The translations under genes and the position numbers were made by a program. Below are positions 8,145 to 14,672 of a DNA stretch of 64,000 nt, piece by piece. The stretch's first letter is position 1, and each line of letters starts with the position of its first letter. The notes beneath the pieces were generated by a model. The model was given only the letters and a program-made list of their open reading frames with translations, did not search any database and had not been told where the DNA came from. The DNA is from Bacteroidaceae bacterium (lineage in GTDB: Bacteria > Bacteroidota > Bacteroidia > Bacteroidales > Bacteroidaceae), in assembly GCA_017462065.1 (NCBI GenBank), contig JAFTRV010000067.1, forward strand, positions 3,237 through 67,236, given 5' to 3'.

Positions 8145-8152
8145 TATTTTTG
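8145..8152 (+). promoter_or_regulatory. -7 box (TAnnTTTG)
   Basis: TATTTTTG lies 25 nt upstream of the ATG at 8177. Confidence 0.4.
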
Positions 8153-8176
8153 CGAAAAATCTAATAATATAAGATT

Positions 8177-8428
8177 ATGGAAAATGATAAGAAAATGAAG
8201 ATTGATGTTAATCTTGAAAATAACAAGTATGTTGAGTTAATCAATAAAGGACAATTATTACAAGCTGTAAAAGAATACAAGGAAGATAATAATTGCAGTC
8301 TAAAAGAAGCGAAAGATTATATTGATAATTTGAGGGGATATGACCCTAAAAATGACAATGGAGGTTGCTTGGGAGTTGTTGCATTACTTGTTCTACTATC
8401 ATCAACAGCGATTTATTTTTGTTTATAA
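8177..8428 (+). CDS. 83-aa protein: L7/L12-C-terminal-domain-like motif plus a C-terminal transmembrane helix
   Basis: LLQAVKEYKEDNNCSLKEAKDYIDNL resembles the K-x-I-K-x-V-R-x-x-T-G-L-G-L-K-E-A-K-D-L-V segment of L7/L12. The C-terminus GCLGVVALLVLLSSTAIYFCL is hydrophobic. Confidence 0.5.
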   Translation: MENDKKMKIDVNLENNKYVELINKGQLLQAVKEYKEDNNCSLKEAKDYIDNLRGYDPKNDNGGCLGVVALLVLLSSTAIYFCL

Positions 8429-8444
8429 ATCTGTAAATGTTAAA

Positions 8445-8477
8445 ATTATAGCCACCAGTTAAACTAGTGGCTATAAT
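8445..8477. terminator. Bidirectional hairpin between convergent genes
   Basis: ATTATAGCCAC ... GTGGCTATAAT: perfect 11-bp arms flanked by A/T runs. Confidence 0.6.
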
Positions 8478-8479
8478 TT

Positions 8480-9586
8480 TTATTCGACTAATAACTGCAT
8501 AGCATTTACAACGAACCAAGAGTCAAATCCAACAAAAGTATAAGGTTTGGGATTTGCGCCATCTTTCACAAGTTCTATACCATCACTATATGGTTTGTAA
8601 GACAAGACTTTGGAAATTCCCATTTTTACCTGCTTGTCACCTATGAAATATAAATTCTTGTTGGTAATAATAAAAACTCCTCTGCCCAAGTCATTTTGAT
8701 ATTGATATTCTATAGAATGTCCTTTGCTTGCTCCTACACGATAATACACTCCTTTGCAAACTCTCATACTAACACCACTAGAACCACCAACATACTTACG
8801 CCCTGTCTTTTCCTCATACCCTTTAACATCTTTGAAGACCCAAAGGAGTTGTTCCTTTTTCCCCAATAGAATAGGAAGATTTCCAACAAGAAGTCTTTTT
8901 TCAACATCTTTTCCTTCTTGAATATCCCTTAAAATCAAAGACTGTATTAGTCTTTGGTATGCACTGCTTTTGTAGAGAGTGGCAGTATCAGACAATGAGG
9001 AATATTCAAGGAATTTGCTGATTTGTTCTTCCTCGTTATTATCAATAATACCATCTTCAAGATATTCGTTTATTTTTTTAGACAAGACTAACAGTAGACT
9101 TTCGTTTATGCTTTTAGAAACAGAGTCGTTAATTTTGACCTCTTTCATTAAAGCTTGATATTCCTTGATTTTTTCTTCCTCATCATTCTGCAATGTTAAG
9201 AATTTCAAGAAAAAATAATTCGCCCAAAAATCGTTGTAATGACTTGTGTTTAGAACTTTTTGCTTCAAGTGTTCGGGTATTGAAAACATAAAAGTCTTAA
9301 AACCAATGTAATCAAGCATTACCGCTTTTTTCTTTAACAAATCGTTTAATGCATCTGTTACAATTCCATCAAAAATATCATCGCTTATGTAACCACTAGA
9401 GATGGTATTTGCTAATTCCTCTTTAGCTTCATTGTAATTTGTAAATGAAGATTTAGACTCATTTATGAAAAATCTTCTAGAGAAAATTTTTCTTAATTCT
9501 TCTATTGTAGCAAAATGCTTTTGTTCACACTCTTTATGTTTTGTGCTGAAAAATCCAGCGGGTTTATGGCAATATTTACACTTCAT
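8480..9586 (-). CDS. Protein of unknown function: N-terminal zinc-ribbon-like CxxC...C, helical middle, C-terminal bacterial PH/GRAM-like beta domain
   Basis: MKCKYCHKPAGFFSTKHKEC at the N-terminus. The C-terminus GVFIITNKNLYFIGDKQVKMGISKVLSY is typical of YokE-like bPH domains. It has its own TATATTTG box upstream (minus strand). Confidence 0.55.
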   Translation of the reverse strand: MKCKYCHKPAGFFSTKHKECEQKHFATIEELRKIFSRRFFINESKSSFTNYNEAKEELANTISSGYISDDIFDGIVTDALNDLLKKKAVMLDYIGFKTFMFSIPEHLKQKVLNTSHYNDFWANYFFLKFLTLQNDEEEKIKEYQALMKEVKINDSVSKSINESLLLVLSKKINEYLEDGIIDNNEEEQISKFLEYSSLSDTATLYKSSAYQRLIQSLILRDIQEGKDVEKRLLVGNLPILLGKKEQLLWVFKDVKGYEEKTGRKYVGGSSGVSMRVCKGVYYRVGASKGHSIEYQYQNDLGRGVFIITNKNLYFIGDKQVKMGISKVLSYKPYSDGIELVKDGANPKPYTFVGFDSWFVVNAMQLLVE

Positions 9587-9671
9587 AGCATTTTTTTTGC
9601 AAATATATATTTTTTAAGAAATTAAACACAGGTTGGATAACATTTTTATAAACTAATTGTTAAAGTATGTA

Positions 9672-9914
9672 TTATTCCCCTTGCTTCTTACGCCCCCTAG
9701 TAGTGGGTTTAACATAGAGTGTACCTTTTCTTATGGTACACTTTTTGTTTTTATATATTGGTTCATCACTATCTCCCAACTTGCTGAAATAGTTGTTTAA
9801 TGCCGCTTGTGAGATACCAATTTCCTCTCGTGTGTATTTATCGAATAGTGAAGATGGAGAACCAAAATATTCGTGTCTATCTTCTATCTGTAAATGTAAA
9901 ATCGTTCTTTCCAT
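9672..9914 (-). CDS. Small putative DNA-binding (HTH) protein, 80 aa; candidate element regulator or excision factor
   Basis: IGISQAALNNYFSKLG is an HTH-like segment, and the tail RGRKKQGE is basic. ATG at 9914 is preferred. It is divergent from the SH3-like/resolvase operon. Confidence 0.45.
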   Translation of the reverse strand: MERTILHLQIEDRHEYFGSPSSLFDKYTREEIGISQAALNNYFSKLGDSDEPIYKNKKCTIRKGTLYVKPTTRGRKKQGE

Positions 9915-9931
9915 ATCGTAAATTTGGTGCA

Positions 9932-9956
9932 AAATTAGAGAAATATTATCTAATTT
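9932..9956. promoter_or_regulatory. Operator-like inverted repeat
   Basis: AAATTAGA-9 nt-TCTAATTT in the divergent intergenic region. Confidence 0.3.
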
Positions 9957-9987
9957 GAAATAAAATCATATTTTTATGCTGGATTTT

Positions 9988-10003
9988 TGCTAAAATATTA
10001 GCA
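9988..10003. promoter_or_regulatory. Operator-like palindrome
   Basis: TGCTAA-AATA-TTAGCA, 19 nt upstream of the -7 box at 10022. Confidence 0.3.
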
Positions 10004-10021
10004 GGATTAAAATAGAATAAC

Positions 10022-10029
10022 TATCTTTG
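10022..10029 (+). promoter_or_regulatory. -7 box (TAnnTTTG)
   Basis: TATCTTTG lies 22 nt upstream of the ATG at 10051. Confidence 0.45.
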
Positions 10030-10050
10030 TGGTGTTGAAAGCAAATAGAT

Positions 10051-10422
10051 ATGTTTAACCACTTAACCAATACAGATATGATAGCAGTAGCAAATAATTC
10101 AGTTGTTGTAATAAATAATCTTACAAGTCGTAGAGCCAGCGTAATCGCTCATAGAACCAACAGCGAGGCGATGGGCGTAATCAAGGCACAGATGATTGAC
10201 TTGCTCAAAGCAAAGTTGCAGATGGGTGTTGCTCACTTCGTATATATGAAGAAAGATGGCACGCTTCGTGAGGCGTGGGGTACAACATCAAGCAACCTTA
10301 TGAAAGCAAACATAAATGGCAGAGGCATTTCAAGGGATAGCGTGAACACTGTTTGCTATTGGGATTGTGAAAAGGGTGGATTTCGTTCACTGCGTTTTGA
10401 AAATCTTATTGAGGTTCTTTAA
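10051..10422 (+). CDS. SH3 beta-barrel-fold (DUF2693-like) protein
   Basis: FVYMKKDGTLREAWGTT ... CYWDCEKGGFRSLRFENL matches my recollection of the Bacteroidetes/phage DUF2693 pattern (K-x-D-G ... W-D-x-E-K-x-G-W-R-S-F). Confidence 0.5.
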   Translation: MFNHLTNTDMIAVANNSVVVINNLTSRRASVIAHRTNSEAMGVIKAQMIDLLKAKLQMGVAHFVYMKKDGTLREAWGTTSSNLMKANINGRGISRDSVNTVCYWDCEKGGFRSLRFENLIEVL

Positions 10423-10435
10423 TAGTAGTGGGAGT

Positions 10436-11068
10436 ATGGCAAAGGTCGTTATATACGCTCGTGTAAGCACGCAAGGACAAGACTATGAGCGACAGTTGGC
10501 AGAGTTGCGTGAGTACGCTCGTAAGATGGAATACGAGGTAGTAATGGAGTTCTGCGAAAAGGTTAGTGGCGCAAAGACTGTAGCAGAACGCCAAGCCCTT
10601 ACAGAGTTGCTTTCATTCGTTGAGTGCAACAAGATGGATAAGGTTCTTATCTATGAGTGCAGTCGCTTATCGAGGCGTGCAATAGATTTCCTTACTGTAA
10701 TAGAAAATCTTACAGCAAAGAAAATCAGTGTATATATCCTCCAAAATGGTCTTGAAACACTGCTCCCCAATGGCCAGCCCAACCCTATTGCACAGTTGGT
10801 TATGGGTATTCTTGCGCAGTTTAACAGTATGGAGCGTAGCCTCATAAGAAGCAGAATGGAGAGTGGTTATAATCATTATAGAGCGATTGGTGGCAAGGTA
10901 GGTCGTAAAGAGGGTTATCGTAAAAGCGAGGAAGCAATGAGGGTGGAGTATGCAAAGGAAATCCAACTCTTGCGCAAAGGATTGTCGCTTCGAAATGTGT
11001 CTGCAATTACTTCAACAAGTGTAAATACATTAAGAAAATTAAGAAATATTAACAAATTGCAAGCGTAA
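10436..11068 (+). CDS. Small serine recombinase (resolvase/invertase family) with C-terminal HTH
   Basis: MAKVVIYARVSTQGQDYERQ is the catalytic Ser motif. Also present: ECSRLSRR, the E-helix region and the C-terminal HTH (LSLRNVSAITSTSVNTLRKL). The start at 10436 is preferred over the 10367 extension in the ORF track. Confidence 0.85.
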   Translation: MAKVVIYARVSTQGQDYERQLAELREYARKMEYEVVMEFCEKVSGAKTVAERQALTELLSFVECNKMDKVLIYECSRLSRRAIDFLTVIENLTAKKISVYILQNGLETLLPNGQPNPIAQLVMGILAQFNSMERSLIRSRMESGYNHYRAIGGKVGRKEGYRKSEEAMRVEYAKEIQLLRKGLSLRNVSAITSTSVNTLRKLRNINKLQA

Positions 11069-11079
11069 ATTTGTTTTTT
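11051..11079 (+). terminator. AT-rich hairpin terminator overlapping the resolvase stop
   Basis: AACAAATT-GCAAGCGTA-AATTTGTT followed by TTTT. Confidence 0.45.
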
Positions 11080-11093
11080 CAAAATAAAAAATA

Positions 11094-11101
11094 TATGTTT
11101 G
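11094..11101 (+). promoter_or_regulatory. -7 box (TAnnTTTG) for the LSR operon
   Basis: TATGTTTG. It would place a TSS near 11107, about 240 nt upstream of the first ORF. Confidence 0.35.
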
Positions 11102-11340
11102 CGTTGTTAGGTTTCGAAACTCTAAATAACTCACTGACAACAGCGCAAAAGAGAATATTCCAATAGTGAGTTACAATCAATAAGGACATAGTTAAAAGAC
11201 AAGGTGGCAACCCTTGAAAGAAGTAGTTTGTTGCAAACGAAAGGCAACGAGCAGGTGCTTTACGCCCTAGCGTTTCCTCGTTGTTGGTATGCCACAAAGC
11301 ACCAAAAAATAAGCCACAGAGCATTGTGGCAAGGAAAATT
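11101..11340 (+). promoter_or_regulatory. Structured 5' leader or candidate ncRNA upstream of the small ORF and the LSR gene
   Basis: Several hand-found helices: 11101-08/11139-46; 11127-35/11165-73 (interleaved with the first); palindrome GTTTCGAAAC at 11111-20; 11245-51/11277-83 enclosing ACGC/GCGT; GCCACA/TGTGGC at 11313-30. The region is locally more GC-rich than the rest of the element. Confidence 0.35.
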
Positions 11341-11348
11341 TAAATTAG

Positions 11349-11501
11349 ATGTTAAGTTTAGAAGTATGTAGAAAAATATTAAACAATAGCAGAAAAACAT
11401 ATTCAGATGATGAAATAAAGAAAATCAGACAGTTTTTATACACTTGTGCTGAAATTCAAATAGAAGCAAATAATATTATAAATAAGGAGATAGAAGTATG
11501 A
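11349..11501 (+). CDS. 50-aa ORF translationally coupled (ATGA overlap) to the LSR gene
   Basis: MLSLEVCRKILNNSRKTYSDDEIKKIRQFLYTCAEIQIEANNIINKEIEV. Its TGA (11499-11501) overlaps the LSR ATG (11498-11500). It is too short to appear in the ORF track. Confidence 0.4.
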   Translation: MLSLEVCRKILNNSRKTYSDDEIKKIRQFLYTCAEIQIEANNIINKEIEV

Positions 11502-13048
11502 CAAATGTAATTTTATATTGTCGTGTTAGTAGCGATGAACAAGTAGACGGCACAAGTCTTGACCATCAAGAAAAGACTTTGAGAGAGTATTGCAGATATA
11601 AGGGGTACAATATTATTAAATGCTGTAGAGAGGATTACAGTGCGAAATACCACGATTTCAGAAGACCCGAAATGAAATGGATTTTGAATTACTGTAAGAA
11701 ACACAAAAATGAAGTAGATTTAATTCTTTTTCTACGATGGGATAGATTTAGTCGTAACCCAGAATTTGCACACGCTTTCAAGCGTATATTTATGGATGAA
11801 ATGGGAATAAACTTCAATGCGATTGAAAATCCCATCGACTTTGAAGCAACAGAATGGAGTACCCTTTTCAGTCTTTATGCAGGTATAGCACAGACCGAAA
11901 ATAACAAAATTAGCAAGAGAACAAGCGAGGGCATTAGAGAAGCCTCCCTCAAAGGGCAATGCGCTTTTATGGCACCTAGGGGATATAAAAATGTAAGAAT
12001 GGGTAAACACGATTGCTGTGTTATTATAGACAAAGAGAAAGCACCACTCGTTAGAGCGATTTTCAAAGAGATTGCAAAGGGTGTCAAAGCACCTTGTATG
12101 ATTAGAAAGGAACTTGCAAGTCATATCCCCAACACATCTTTTTACACTATGCTACGCAATGTATTCTACATTGGCAAAATACGAGTAAGAGCCACAAAGA
12201 CAGAACCCGAGGTTATTGTAAATGGTTTGCACGAACCATTGATAAGTGAGGAAACATTTTATAAGGTACAAGAGATTTTGGATGGCAAGTTAAAGAAGAA
12301 ACCAAAAGCCACCAAAACAACAAGGAGTGATTTATATTTGAGAAAGGTATTAGTATGTCCTCACTGTGGTTATGGTATCACAGGAGCGACAAGCAGAGGC
12401 ACTGGAGGGTATTATACCTATTATAATTGTAGTCATAACCCAAAGCATATCAGAGCAAGGGCAGAAAAGGTAAACGATGGATTTGCAGAGTATCTACACA
12501 ACCTTGTACCAAACGAGGAGATATTGGAACTCTACACAGAGATATTAAAGGACATCAATAAGGAGAGCAAAGCAGAAAAGAAATTAACCATCAACAAACT
12601 CAAAGAGGAGATTGAGAAGATAAAGAACAAACTCAACTCTGTTGATGACAAGTTTATTGAGGGCGATATAGATAAAGAACAGTATCAACGAATAAGCGAC
12701 AGATACAAGAGAGAGATAGGAGCAACAGAAGAACGCATTAAAACTCTTGAACTATCAAACAAAGAAAATATCGAACCCAAATTCGATTACTCTATTTCAT
12801 TGATTGCCAATATAGATAAATACCTTAAAGAAGCACCCCCTGAGGTAAAGTTGAAAATCATCAGTTCGATATTTCACGAAAAAATTATATTTGATGGAAA
12901 AAATTATCGAACTAAAAACTACAACAAAATCATTGACCTCATTTATCAGAATACCAACATTTTACAAGAGGGAAAGAATGAAAAAACGGGAGAGGAAATC
13001 ATTCCAATCCCGTCAAGTACCTCAGTCGGGAATCGAACCCGAATCTAA
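11498..13048 (+). CDS. Large serine recombinase (integrase) of the element
   Basis: N-terminal resolvase domain (ILYCRVSSDEQ), recombinase domain, zinc ribbon (CPHCGYG...YYNCSH) and a coiled-coil region. The last 9 codons and the stop (13019-13048) are encoded by tRNA-Arg DNA. Confidence 0.9.
   Translation: MTNVILYCRVSSDEQVDGTSLDHQEKTLREYCRYKGYNIIKCCREDYSAKYHDFRRPEMKWILNYCKKHKNEVDLILFLRWDRFSRNPEFAHAFKRIFMDEMGINFNAIENPIDFEATEWSTLFSLYAGIAQTENNKISKRTSEGIREASLKGQCAFMAPRGYKNVRMGKHDCCVIIDKEKAPLVRAIFKEIAKGVKAPCMIRKELASHIPNTSFYTMLRNVFYIGKIRVRATKTEPEVIVNGLHEPLISEETFYKVQEILDGKLKKKPKATKTTRSDLYLRKVLVCPHCGYGITGATSRGTGGYYTYYNCSHNPKHIRARAEKVNDGFAEYLHNLVPNEEILELYTEILKDINKESKAEKKLTINKLKEEIEKIKNKLNSVDDKFIEGDIDKEQYQRISDRYKREIGATEERIKTLELSNKENIEPKFDYSISLIANIDKYLKEAPPEVKLKIISSIFHEKIIFDGKNYRTKNYNKIIDLIYQNTNILQEGKNEKTGEEIIPIPSSTSVGNRTRI
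13009..13030. other. attR junction (element half-site / AC / tRNA 3' end)
   Basis: CCGTCAAGT-AC-CTCAGTCGG. The AGTAC is shared with attL. The tRNA discriminator and the last acceptor-stem bases are preserved by this microhomology. Confidence 0.55.
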
Positions 13049-13089
13049 GTCTTAGGAGGACCTTATTCTATCCATTGAACTACTAAGGC
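13018..13089 (-). tRNA. tRNA-Arg (anticodon CCT)
   Basis: Cloverleaf folded by hand on the minus strand. Acceptor GCCTTAG/CTGAGGT (two G-U pairs); D stem GTTC/GAAT; anticodon stem AGGTC/GACTT with loop CTCCTAA; 4-nt variable loop; T stem TCGGG/CCCGA with loop TTCGATT; discriminator A. CCA is not encoded. Confidence 0.85.
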
Positions 13090-13276
13090 ATGAACTGCTA
13101 TTTTGCAATTACTGTGCGAAGATAAGAAATTTATTCACAATCTTCAAATGCTATATTGCTATTTTAATTACAAAAACACAAAAACTGTTATAATGTTTTA
13201 AAGTTTCGAATCAGATGCAGGGCTTTATCAATTAATATACTATATTAGCGAGCGAACACGAAAAGTCTTATTACAT

Positions 13277-14086
13277 ATGAGATTAATTATAACAGTTCTA
13301 TTGCTCGCCCTGACACAGGCAATATTCTCGCAACAGTTCCGTGCCCTGTGCAACGACGGCATAAGACATATACTGAAACATAATTACAAAGAGGCTGCCG
13401 CATGCTTCGAAAAGGCTACCAGATTGGGGGAAAGCGACTCGGAGAAAGCCTACTCCTATGCGAACCTCGCATACTCGCAGCAGATGTGCGGCGAAACGAG
13501 AAAGGCTCTTGCAAGCTATAATTCCGCCATAAAGCACGACCGGGACGAAATAACATTAGTGCAGCAACGAGCGAACATTCTCATGCAGCTCGACAGCCTT
13601 GAGACAGCGCTCAGAGACTATAATTATATTTTAGACAAGGAGCCCGGCAACACGGGGGCTCTTTTCTTCAGGGCAAGCATATACTCCGAAATGAACGAGT
13701 TCGAGAAGGCGAGGGCCGACTACCGCAGCCTGCTCCGCATTGAGCCAAACAACGAGAACGTACAGTTAGGGCTTGCCATGCTGTATAAAAAGGAGGGCAA
13801 ATACAACGAGAGCCTCACGCTGTTGGCCCTGCTCATTGAGCAACACCCGCAGAAGGCCGAATACTACATTGCAAGAAGCGATGTAGAGAGGGCGCTCGGC
13901 TGGAACGAGCTTGCGTTGATGGATGTAGAGAAGGCCATATCTCTGGAGCCCGACAACGCTAATTACTACACTCTTCAGTCTATTCTCTACGGCAAGCTGG
14001 GACGCACCGAGCTGTCGAGACGAAGCAGGCTCGAGGCCGAAAGGCTTAAAGGCGAAAAACCGAGAGGCACGGACGCAAGCGACTGA
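13277..14086 (+). CDS. Secreted TPR-repeat protein
   Basis: Signal peptide MRLIITVLLLALTQAIFSQ followed by repeated TPR-like 34-aa units. Confidence 0.7.
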   Translation: MRLIITVLLLALTQAIFSQQFRALCNDGIRHILKHNYKEAAACFEKATRLGESDSEKAYSYANLAYSQQMCGETRKALASYNSAIKHDRDEITLVQQRANILMQLDSLETALRDYNYILDKEPGNTGALFFRASIYSEMNEFEKARADYRSLLRIEPNNENVQLGLAMLYKKEGKYNESLTLLALLIEQHPQKAEYYIARSDVERALGWNELALMDVEKAISLEPDNANYYTLQSILYGKLGRTELSRRSRLEAERLKGEKPRGTDASD

Positions 14087-14237
14087 AAGTAGCACCTGCG
14101 GCATAGCTGCCGCTACCAAATTCTGCACAAGCCCGCACGCTGTAACAGATTTTTACTATTTTGTGGCATTTTTTCACACTTTATGATTTTATTTAACAAA
14201 ATAGCCTTATATTTGGGGGAACATTGAAAAATTGATT

Positions 14238-14672
14238 ATGGCAGAAAAATCAACAACCCCTTACAACATTAAGAAAAAAAAGGAGAAGAATGCAGCCTAC
14301 CGCTCATTGATTCGCGCAGAGCTTGCCGATGAGCTGTATGAAAAAATTCTCAACTTCATCGTTATTGAAAAGAGATACCGCAACAAAGAGTTTTCGGCAA
14401 AGGAGCTTGCAGCAGAACTCAAGACCAACACCCGATATATATCTGCGGTCATAAACTCACGTTTCAACACGAACTTTTCGTGTCTCGTCAATGAATACCG
14501 CATAAAGGAGGCTCTTCACCGCATGACCGACAAGAGATATGCCGACATGACAATTGAGGAGATAGGCGCTGTCGTGGGATTCGCCAACCGTCAGTCGTTC
14601 TATGCGTCGTTCTACCGCATAATGGGCGAGACTCCTAACAGCTACCGCAAAAGACACACAGCAACGAAATGA
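14238..14672 (+). CDS. AraC-type HTH domain protein
   Basis: The C-terminal segment IEEIGAVVGFANRQSFYASFYRIMGETPNSYR is a typical AraC second HTH. ATG at 14238. Confidence 0.7.
   Translation: MAEKSTTPYNIKKKKEKNAAYRSLIRAELADELYEKILNFIVIEKRYRNKEFSAKELAAELKTNTRYISAVINSRFNTNFSCLVNEYRIKEALHRMTDKRYADMTIEEIGAVVGFANRQSFYASFYRIMGETPNSYRKRHTATK

Larger units (their letters stand above)
5431..13020 (+). mobile_element. Integrative element of about 7.59 kb (LSR-dependent, Rep_trans-encoding) inserted at the 3' end of tRNA-Arg(CCT)
   Basis: Sharp GC drop (38% versus 57% in hand-counted 60-mers). Shared AGTAC at both junctions. Joining the ends reconstructs a dyad-symmetric attP. The LSR gene sits at the right edge. 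Each gene has its own promoter and terminator. Confidence 0.75.

Noticed and set aside
10367-10435. N-terminal extensions proposed by the ORF track (10367 resolvase, 5660 and 5895 in the rep module, 15417 Fur, 37542 korA, 55045 typA, 60047 DUF4271-like, 62969 FdtA-like, 22789 lipoprotein)
   Set aside because: The extensions overlap upstream genes or promoters and precede the conserved family N-termini. Internal ATGs give canonical starts (e.g. MAKVVIYARVST, MQKIRNIAIIAHVDHGKT).
11079-11324. 81-aa minus-strand ORF in the resolvase-LSR intergenic region
   Set aside because: It has no promoter box or coupling, an odd composition, and it spans the region better explained as a structured plus-strand leader. 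On the minus strand, a terminator-like hairpin sits at its 5' end.
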